Source: Pseudothioglobus sp. nBUS_23
GTDB lineage: Bacteria > Pseudomonadota > Gammaproteobacteria > PS1 > Pseudothioglobaceae
Assembly: GCF_051201565.1 (NCBI RefSeq)
Contig: NZ_CP179200.1
Coordinates: 600,001 to 632,000, forward strand
Reading direction: 5' to 3'
DNA length: 32,000 bases
The notes under the pieces are model-generated. The model did not search any database and was not told where the DNA came from. It saw only the letters and a list, made by a program, of their open reading frames with translations. The translations under genes were made by a program, and so were the position numbers. Positions 17,509 to 26,000 of the stretch are shown piece by piece (within the stretch, counting starts at the first letter, position 1; every line of letters starts with the position of its first letter).

Positions 17509-19353
17509 ATGTTAGGTGCAATAAGAAATAAATCAAAAGGCTGGATATCTTATCTTATCGTTGGAATACTTATAGTTCCATTTGCGTTATGGGGCATTCA
17601 GGATTATGCTGGACGCTCTGCAAACACTTCAATTGCGAAAGTTGATGGAGAGGATATTGACATAAATATATATTACCAAGAATTGAATTCTCAGCAACTT
17701 AATTTGCAGCAGCAACTGGGTGCTGCATACACACAGGAAATTGATAATACGCTGAAGCAAACTCTTCTAGATTCTTTAATTAATGAAAAGCTTATCGAAA
17801 ACTATGCCAACTCCTTAGACATTGTTACACTGGATGATGAGGTGAAGTCAGTTATTGAAATGAACCAAGCATTTTTGGTTGATGGAGAGTTCTCACAAGA
17901 CCGTTATATTCAACTACTAAGGCTCAATAGTTATACCCCAGCAGGATATGAAATAGCACAGTCTAAGGCGCTTAATCGCGAACAAGTCAAAAGAAATTTG
18001 AGCGGCTCAGCCTTCATGTCTGTAACTCAAACACAGCAATTAAACGATCTTGCATCTCAGCAAAGAGAGGTTTCTTATTTGGCTCTTAATACTGAAAACT
18101 ACATTGATCAGGTTAGAGTCTCTGAAAGCCAAATTTCAGATTATTTTAATGATAACAGGTCCAGTTTTATCGAAGGCAGAAAGGTCAAGGTAGATTTTGT
18201 TGAGCTCACATTGGATGCGATGGAAGAGCCGGAAAGCCCAACTAATGACGAGCTTAAAAGTTTGTATGATGACAATGCTGAACTGTTTACCAATCCAGAG
18301 AGAAGAAGAGCACAGCATATTTTGGTTGAGAGTGAAGAGTTAGCAAATGATTTGTTAGGTCAAATTAAAGAGGGCGCTGATTTTGCTGAGCTTGCTAAAG
18401 TAAACTCTGAAGACACCTCATCGAATGAAGAGGGCGGTGACCTTGGCTTTTTCGAAAGAGAGTTAATGGGCGCTGAATTTGATGAGGCTGTATTTGCTAT
18501 GAATATTGGTGATGTCAGCGAGGTTGTTCCAACAGATTATGGTTATTTTCATATTATTAAGCTAACCGGTATTGAGTCAGAAACAATGCAATCTTTTGAT
18601 GAGGTCGAAGACCAACTTGTTTCGTTGTATATCAAACAAGCTAAAGAAAAGTCACTGTTTGGCTCTCTTGAGGAGTTCATGAACTTGTCATATGAAGAGT
18701 CATTAGACATGGTTGCTGACCAGTTTGGTTTAGAGCTTCAAACGAGTGAGTATTTTTCTGAGAGAAGCGACCAGTATGATCCAAAATTTGTAGCCTCCGC
18801 CTTTAGCTCTGCTGTGATTGATGGGGGCGAAAACTCTGAGGTCATGGAGATGAGCCCAGAAAAATTTGTCGTTTTAACTCTATCTGATCTTCAATCTGAG
18901 CGCGAAAGAGAGTTAAGTGAGGTAGAAGGTCAAATTGAAGTAGCATTGAAGACCGATGCAGCAAAAGAGGTTGTCGATAATTTAGCCGAAAATATTGCCT
19001 CAGCACTCTCTAGTGATGATGAGCAGACTGCGAATCAAATCATTTCTGAAAATAATTTAGAGTGGGTTAATGAAGGTTGGATTTCAAGAGCAAATGAGTT
19101 GCCATATGATGTGACTTCTTTATCTTTTACTCTTGCAAAACCTGAAGAGGGTAGACACACTTACAGTGCTGAGAGTGCTAATAGATTCACTTCATTGGTT
19201 ATTGATTTGGCTGGTGTAAGAACTCCGGAGGGTGAATCGGATACAGGTATATCAGCTCTCTATTTAAGCCAGGAGAATAATGAAATGTTTGTCTCCTTAA
19301 TTAAACAACTAAGAGAAAACGCTGAGATAAAAGTTTTTACTGACCTGCTCTAA
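17509..19353 (+). CDS. ppiD: Periplasmic chaperone / peptidyl-prolyl isomerase PpiD
   Basis: N-terminal anchor ([18 protein letters not shown]), SurA-like N domain, one parvulin domain (RRAQHILV...GGDLGFF...GYFHIIKL). 614 aa, in the conserved position next to hupB/fabI. Confidence 0.9.
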   Translation: MLGAIRNKSKGWISYLIVGILIVPFALWGIQDYAGRSANTSIAKVDGEDIDINIYYQELNSQQLNLQQQLGAAYTQEIDNTLKQTLLDSLINEKLIENYANSLDIVTLDDEVKSVIEMNQAFLVDGEFSQDRYIQLLRLNSYTPAGYEIAQSKALNREQVKRNLSGSAFMSVTQTQQLNDLASQQREVSYLALNTENYIDQVRVSESQISDYFNDNRSSFIEGRKVKVDFVELTLDAMEEPESPTNDELKSLYDDNAELFTNPERRRAQHILVESEELANDLLGQIKEGADFAELAKVNSEDTSSNEEGGDLGFFERELMGAEFDEAVFAMNIGDVSEVVPTDYGYFHIIKLTGIESETMQSFDEVEDQLVSLYIKQAKEKSLFGSLEEFMNLSYEESLDMVADQFGLELQTSEYFSERSDQYDPKFVASAFSSAVIDGGENSEVMEMSPEKFVVLTLSDLQSERERELSEVEGQIEVALKTDAAKEVVDNLAENIASALSSDDEQTANQIISENNLEWVNEGWISRANELPYDVTSLSFTLAKPEEGRHTYSAESANRFTSLVIDLAGVRTPEGESDTGISALYLSQENNEMFVSLIKQLRENAEIKVFTDLL

Positions 19354-20135
19354 AGATCAGGTCCTTTTTCATAAAAGTTATATCCTGCGTCTACATAGGT
19401 CACCTCTCCTGTAACGCCTGATGCTAAATCAGAGCACAAGAATGCAGCTACATTGCCGACTTCTTCAATACTGACATTACGCTTAAGCGCGGAGCTTTCT
19501 GCTGCATGATCAAGGAGTTTACCAAAACCTTTGATGCCGCTCGCTGCTAGAGTTTTAATAGCTCCTGCTGATACAGCGTTGACTCTAATGCCTTTCTCAG
19601 CGCCCATAGCTGCAGCCATATATCTAACATTTGCCTCAAGTGAGGCTTTAGCTATACCCATGACATTGTAATTTGGTATCGCTCTCAGTGCACCTAAGTA
19701 ACTTAGAGTCAGTAAGGCACCATTTTCATTAAGCATTGGCATTGCTGCTTTTGCAAGCGCGGTAAAGCTGTATGAGCTAATTTCATGAGCCTTCAAAAAG
19801 CCTTCACGCGTTGTAACCTCAAGATAATTGCCATCCAGTTCTGACCTTTCAGCAAAGGCAACCGAATGGATTAATATATCAAAGCTGTCCCATGACTTTT
19901 TAAGCTCACCAAAGGTTTCATTAATTTGCTCATCACTTGATACGTCGCAGGGAATGACGATTGACGAGTTACAAATCTCAGCACATTTTTCAACGCGACC
20001 CTTGAGTTTTTCAGTTTGGTAGGTAAAGGCAATCTCACAACCATTCGCTGCCATTGATTCAGCAATCCCCCAAGCGATTGAGCGATTTGATGCAACACCA
20101 ACAATGAGTGCTTTTTTGCCTGTTAAAAAACCCAT
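19350..20135 (-). CDS. fabI: Enoyl-[acyl-carrier-protein] reductase (NADH) FabI
   Basis: Collinear with E. coli FabI from [25 protein letters not shown] through [22 protein letters not shown] (Tyr/Lys catalytic pair) to EVTYVDAGY. Confidence 0.96.
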   Translation of the reverse strand: MGFLTGKKALIVGVASNRSIAWGIAESMAANGCEIAFTYQTEKLKGRVEKCAEICNSSIVIPCDVSSDEQINETFGELKKSWDSFDILIHSVAFAERSELDGNYLEVTTREGFLKAHEISSYSFTALAKAAMPMLNENGALLTLSYLGALRAIPNYNVMGIAKASLEANVRYMAAAMGAEKGIRVNAVSAGAIKTLAASGIKGFGKLLDHAAESSALKRNVSIEEVGNVAAFLCSDLASGVTGEVTYVDAGYNFYEKGPDL

Positions 20136-20278
20136 GAAACCTCCACAATATTTATAATAGAATCAGAGATTAATTATAAACACATTGACTCAATAGTTGC
20201 CCTTTAGTTAGTATTTGAGCCTAATTGAGTGCATATTAATCTAAAGTGGTTAACTTTATTTTTTTAATCGAATTATTT

Positions 20279-20743
20279 ATGAAGCATAAGGAGTACTTTC
20301 TCTTATTTTTAGTTTTGGTTTTGTCAGACCAATTCACTAAGCAAATCTTTATGGCTTCATTTGAATTAGGCCAGTCAGTGGCTATTAATCCGTATCTGAG
20401 TTGGACCTATCTTCATAATACAGGGGCGGCTTTTAGTATTTTGTCTGATGGTGGCTGGATAGGAAAAATATTCCTATTAGGGGTGTCTATTTTGGTCTCT
20501 CTTTGGGTTATCTGGTGGGCTCAGAAAACACCTGCAATATTTAAACAGAAGTTGTTTGGACAGTTTTTTCTTCTCTCTGGTGCGGTTGGAAATTTAATTG
20601 ACAGAGCGCTATACGGATATGTCATTGATTTTATTGATCTGCATGTGAACAGTTTCTATTGGCCTGTCTTTAACTTGGCGGATAGTTTTATTTTTATTGG
20701 TGTTGCACTCATCATATTTGAGAGAAAATCATCTGCTCAGTAG
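20279..20743 (+). CDS. lspA: Lipoprotein signal peptidase (signal peptidase II)
   Basis: NTGAAFS, GGAVGNLIDR and FNLADSFIFIGVALII motifs. The ATG at 20279 is preferred; an in-frame GTG at 20246 would add 11 aa. Confidence 0.9.
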   Translation: MKHKEYFLLFLVLVLSDQFTKQIFMASFELGQSVAINPYLSWTYLHNTGAAFSILSDGGWIGKIFLLGVSILVSLWVIWWAQKTPAIFKQKLFGQFFLLSGAVGNLIDRALYGYVIDFIDLHVNSFYWPVFNLADSFIFIGVALIIFERKSSAQ

Positions 20744-20799
20744 AATTCGAGTGCTTTAATGAAAGCATAGAAATGGTAGAATAATAACTTAATGAATGA

Positions 20800-21372
20800 A
20801 TGATGAACTTGATGAGAAACAGTCTTCTATTGCCCTTAATGTTACTTTTCAGTATTGCAGCCAATGCTGGCTTTAACAAGATCTCTAATTCTGGTGAAAC
20901 GCTTCCTTTAGAGAGTGAGAGTTGGTCATGCGTTTTGGATAATGAAACATCACTCGTTTGGGAAGTTAAAACTGACAAGAAGGGCGTTCAATATGCTCTT
21001 AATACATACACCTGGTTTGATGGAGTGAGTGGGAGGGATAATGGCACCTTCAGTAAAAATTGCTACTGGGGCAAAAATTGTAACACTCAATCTTTTATTA
21101 AGGACATTAATAAGGCAGAACTTTGTGGCTATTCAGATTGGAGACTGCCAACTAGGGAGGAGCTTAACTCAATTGTTGACTATTACGGAGAGGGTGATTT
21201 ACTGATTGATGCTGATTTCTTTCCAAACACTCAGATGGATGGATACTGGACCTCTACTTCTGTTAACTCTATCCCTAAAATGGCCTATGAAACACCATTC
21301 TTCTATGGCGGCTCGATGGCTCGCGATAAGACCATTGACACTTTTGTAAGACTTGTCAGAAGTGCTGACTAG
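20800..21372 (+). CDS. Secreted DUF1566 (Lcl C-terminal domain) protein
   Basis: Signal peptide ending IAANA. DUF1566 hallmarks are LVWEVKTD, YSDWRLPTREEL and GYWTSTS. Confidence 0.7.
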   Translation: MMNLMRNSLLLPLMLLFSIAANAGFNKISNSGETLPLESESWSCVLDNETSLVWEVKTDKKGVQYALNTYTWFDGVSGRDNGTFSKNCYWGKNCNTQSFIKDINKAELCGYSDWRLPTREELNSIVDYYGEGDLLIDADFFPNTQMDGYWTSTSVNSIPKMAYETPFFYGGSMARDKTIDTFVRLVRSAD

Positions 21373-23056
21373 AGAGATCGATCAATCATTGTATGAGTCT
21401 TACTCTGATGATATTCCTCTTTTTCTGAAAAGAATCTACGCTGCAAGAGGGGTGTCTGAATCTCAACTTTCGATGGCTCTTCCAGGGCTCCTTAAACCGA
21501 ACTTTGATCAGCTCAATATTGCCCTCGAGCTTCTAGAGCGATGCCTTATAGAAGATAAGCGTATTTTAATCGTTGGAGACTTTGATGCAGACGGCGCAAC
21601 TGCCAGCGCTGTCGCTATTAGAGCGCTCAGACTTATGGGCGCAAAGTATGTTGACTTTTTGGTTCCTAACAGGTTCAAGCATGGCTATGGATTGAGTCCT
21701 GAGATTGTGAAGGAGGCTAAGCGTGACAAAGAGCCAGACCTCATTATTACTGTTGATAACGGCATATCGAGTAATGAGGGAGCTGCATTAGCGAGATCAC
21801 TTGATATTGATGTCATCATCACAGATCATCATCTTCCGCCAAATGAACTTCCAAATGCCAATGCAATAATTAATCCAAATCTCAGAGGGTGTGACTTTCC
21901 CTCGAAAAATTTAGCTGGGGTTGGCGTTAGTTTTTATTTGTTCTCATCTCTTAAGACTCACCTTGCAAAGCAGGGCTATTTTGAGAAAAATAACATTCAA
22001 AATCCTGACCTGAGAGTGCTTTTAGATTTAGTTGCACTTGGAACGGTAGCTGACGTTGTAAAACTGGATCAAAACAACAGAATTTTGGTAAATGAGGGAA
22101 TTAAGCGTATTCGTCAAAAGAACTGCTCAAAAGGCATCCTGGCAATCCTTGAGCTTACTAAGCGTCCAATTGAAACATTGCAGGCTTCAGACCTAGGATT
22201 TACTGTAGCTCCAAGAATTAATGCAGCAGGAAGGCTGAGTGATATTTCACAAGGGATAAGGTGTCTTCTCTCAGAAGATATGAATGATGCAAGAAGGTAT
22301 GCGCAAACGCTTGAAGAGTTCAATATTAAAAGGCGCAAAGAGCAGACAAGAATGCAGGATGAGGCGCTCGCTATTGTTGAAAGTCAAGCCATTGATCAGA
22401 GTGATTTCGCCATTGTGCTTTATGATGAGTCTTGGCATGAAGGAGTAGTTGGCATTGTAGCTGGAAAACTCAAAGAAACCTATCAGTGCCCCTCGGCTGT
22501 ATTTGCCAAAGCTGATGATGTTTTAAAGGGGTCTATACGCTCTATTCCTGATGTTCATATCAAAGACTTATTGGACCTTGTAGATCGAGACAATCCAGGA
22601 CTCATTGAGAAGTTTGGAGGGCATGCGATGGCTGCAGGCCTCACGATTAAACCTCAAAACTTTGAAAAGTTTAAAAATGCATTTACTGAGGCAATAACAA
22701 GGCATCTCAAAGGCAAAAAACCCATCATTGAGCTCTTAACTGATGGCCAACTTGACTTATCAGAAATCACATTTAAGAATGCAGATCTTTTGCGTCAAGC
22801 CTCTCCATGGGGGCAGGGATTTGAAGAGCCTATCTTCTATGGAGACTTCGAACTGTTGGAGCAAAGAGTTATTGGTGAAAAGCACCTGAAGTGCAATCTA
22901 AAGCTCCAAGGTACTAATTCAGTTCTGGAGGGGATTGCTTTTTTTCAAGAAAAGCTTGATTCCAAGAAGGTTAGGGCGGCATATAAACTAAACGTCAATT
23001 CATTTAGAGGAAACGAGTCCTTACAGCTGATGATTGAGTCTATTGAAAGTGCTTAA
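21353..23056 (+). CDS. recJ: Single-stranded-DNA-specific exonuclease RecJ
   Basis: DHH motifs (IVGDFDADGATA, DNGI, ITDHH), DHHA1 (GGHAMAAG) and a C-terminal OB region. No ATG lies near the conserved N-terminus, so the start is TTG at 21353 or GTG at 21362. Confidence 0.93.
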   Translation: MSEVLTREIDQSLYESYSDDIPLFLKRIYAARGVSESQLSMALPGLLKPNFDQLNIALELLERCLIEDKRILIVGDFDADGATASAVAIRALRLMGAKYVDFLVPNRFKHGYGLSPEIVKEAKRDKEPDLIITVDNGISSNEGAALARSLDIDVIITDHHLPPNELPNANAIINPNLRGCDFPSKNLAGVGVSFYLFSSLKTHLAKQGYFEKNNIQNPDLRVLLDLVALGTVADVVKLDQNNRILVNEGIKRIRQKNCSKGILAILELTKRPIETLQASDLGFTVAPRINAAGRLSDISQGIRCLLSEDMNDARRYAQTLEEFNIKRRKEQTRMQDEALAIVESQAIDQSDFAIVLYDESWHEGVVGIVAGKLKETYQCPSAVFAKADDVLKGSIRSIPDVHIKDLLDLVDRDNPGLIEKFGGHAMAAGLTIKPQNFEKFKNAFTEAITRHLKGKKPIIELLTDGQLDLSEITFKNADLLRQASPWGQGFEEPIFYGDFELLEQRVIGEKHLKCNLKLQGTNSVLEGIAFFQEKLDSKKVRAAYKLNVNSFRGNESLQLMIESIESA

Positions 23057-26000
23057 CTAAAACTTACAGGTCTTTTGTTTGGCCTTCGGAAGTGATCCAC
23101 AATATATATCCTCTGCTCTTTGACTTCCTTTATCAAAAGCCTTCTTAAGCCACTTTTTACCCTGATTAGGATCTTTCTTGACGCCATTACCATTCAGGTA
23201 GTGAGAGCCAAGCTGCTCCATTGCTGGAATCCACTCAAGAGAGGCAGATTTTTTAAGATTCTCTAACGATTTATCAGTATTACCAAAATTGGAATACATT
23301 TGAGAGAGAGCGAAGTGAGATTCCTGATTCTTGCTTCCTTTAGGATCAAGAACGATGGATCTTTCATACCAAAAGATAGCCTTCTTTTGATCCGTATCAA
23401 CATATTGATCAGCCTGATTGGTTGCACTCAGTGCACTACAAAAATAAGGCTTCCAGTAGCCATACTCTTCAGAGGCATAACCTTTTGATACAAGTTCTTC
23501 TCCGAGGTCTACCCCGTCAACGATGACTTGCGCAATAATTTTTGTGTTAGTCTTTCTTAAGTTGGTGAGTTTGATGCTTGATGCATTTTCAAGTTTTTGA
23601 GCGACATAATCCTTCACTTTAAGTCCTAATTCCATCTGTTTGGGGCAAGAGCGCGTCGCATCAGGTGCATCAATGTCTTTTAGACTTACCTTAATATTAG
23701 AGCCAGCGAGTTCGTGGGGATCTGCAATATCAACAATCAGTTTATCGCCATGAGTTACTTCAATAACTTTAGAGACTGTTGGGTCAGAGTCTGATGTCTC
23801 AACTTTCTTTGCCACTGTCGTTTTTGTCTCTTCTGTTTTTGCCACTTTTTTGATAACATCACCTTTTTTAGCTGTCAGATAAAAATAAATTTGTGAGTCG
23901 TTATACTTTCCGCTCAACTTTTTCTTATTGAGGTTTCCTTCAAACTCAACTAATTGATCTTCACAGCCGCTACAAGGGTGAAAATAAAATAGAGCTTTAA
24001 TGTCTCCATTTTGATTTATTCGACCCTCAAAACTAGCATAACTTGGCGTAACGATGCCCTTACTGTCTTGAGTGATGGTGACTATACCATTATTGACTTC
24101 AAGTGAGCCACTTCCAAGCTGAGTCATAGGAGACTGAACAAGTGTAAATGAATAATAGCCATCCAAGGCATCTGTAGATTTAATATTTTTAAATAGTTCT
24201 GATTTTTCAGAGCTAAATTTATCTTCTGTTATTTCTTTAACGACAGGTGTTTCTTTTTCTTCTGTTACAGTTTCTGTCTTGACAACAATGTCATCGATAC
24301 ATACTTCTAGGTTTCTAGAGGCCGCTATCATTACAGCACCTTCTTTAGCTCTATCATCATTAGTGCTAGCAACAACTTTTCCATTAACGAGGTACTTAAT
24401 ACTGTTCCCTAAAGCAATGAGCTTAATATCTGACCATTGATCACCTATGGCTGCTCTTTCACCGCTTGCTATTCCCTGATTGACTCTATTAGAAGGGTGA
24501 GCGAATTCTATTGAAGCGCGGCCAGGTATTTTGTTAATAGCTCTATATTGAGGTCCATTATTTCGACCTTTTCTAATATGTGTTTCTAAAGTCCCTAATT
24601 TTTTACTAGAAAGTTTTACTTTGTATGAGATAGAATAATTTTTCCAATTAGCACTTCCAAGCATAAAATCTGTCCAATTATTGGTTGCCTTGTTGCAATA
24701 CATTGCATTACCATCATTGTCCTGCTTAATGAACCAGTTGTTTTGCTCATCGACTACTCTTATCTTTCGCTGATCTGCATTTTCAAAGTCCTCGCTGAAG
24801 GATGCTGAGCCATCAGTAGAGGCGCCTTTGGCACTTGTTCCCCAAAATAACTTAGCATAGTAATTGTCCCAATATTCTTTTGCTTTTTTCTGAGACTCTT
24901 GTCGGGCTTTATTATTTAAAATAATCTGCTCAGGATTAATGGCTGGTTCTGCGGGTTTTTTTACAATTGATGTTGAAGCTGGCTTGCCATTTCTAATTGT
25001 CTCATAAACTATTTTTTTCCAATCGAAACTTCCTGGTTTGGGGTATTTCATACTGTCATGAATAGCTTGAGTCACTACAATTCTGCCTCTCTCAAAATCT
25101 ATGGTTATAGTTTGTCCACCATAACCATCCATGGCCATGACTGGTCTATTTTCCATCCCTTTAAATCCAGTATGAAAAAAACCACCATAACTGCCTGGGA
25201 TGCCAACTCTTCCAGTGCTTCCCTGTGCGCCATTTTTTGGTATTCTTCTTTCATGAATTGTTTTTAAATATTTACCAACGCAAGTATCGTTTTCCCAATC
25301 ATCAAGCATGGCTTTTGCGATTCTTAGATAGTCATAACGGGTCGTGTAAAAAGTATGCATTAGAGATTTTTCATCTTTTTTAGCAACTCCAGTTTTGTTA
25401 AAAAAGATCTCATCTCCAATTCTTATTTTTTTGGCAAATACATCATCTAAGAGGCGCTTAAAATCATCTTCACCGTACTTATACCAAAGATAACTCAGAA
25501 CTATATTTGGATTCGCATCGTTATAACTGTATTGAGCAAAAGATTTTTTTGAGCCTCTGAACTCATTCTTCATCATCATTTGAAGGGATGAGTCATTGAA
25601 AGTATTTAGTCCTTTTGGGTTAATGAAGTTATCATTTTTAATGTAGGCTGAGTCACCTGCTGACATATTTAAAAGGTTAATTAATTTTTGATTATGATAA
25701 AGCGTATTTTGAAGTATCGGCCAGTCATCTAATCTGGAGTCTACACTTTCAATTTTCCCTTCACATATCGCATGGCCAGCCAAATAGGAAGTGATACTTT
25801 TGCCCATTGACCTTGAATGATAAACAGATGAGTCTGTGAACATATCTCCAAATCTATCTTTAGGAGTGATTTCATCGATTACAATTTTATCGTCCTCATA
25901 TAAGAGGTAACTCAATAATGGCGTTGTTTGCATTTGTTGTTTGATGTATCTATCTTCTCGAAGATCAAATTGAAAGTTGTAAGGATTTGAGGCTTCAACT

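Noticed and set aside
20744-20799. Small hairpin TGCTTT-aatg-AAAGCA after lspA as a terminator.
   Set aside because: The stem is a 6-bp AT-rich one with no following T tract, which is too weak to call.
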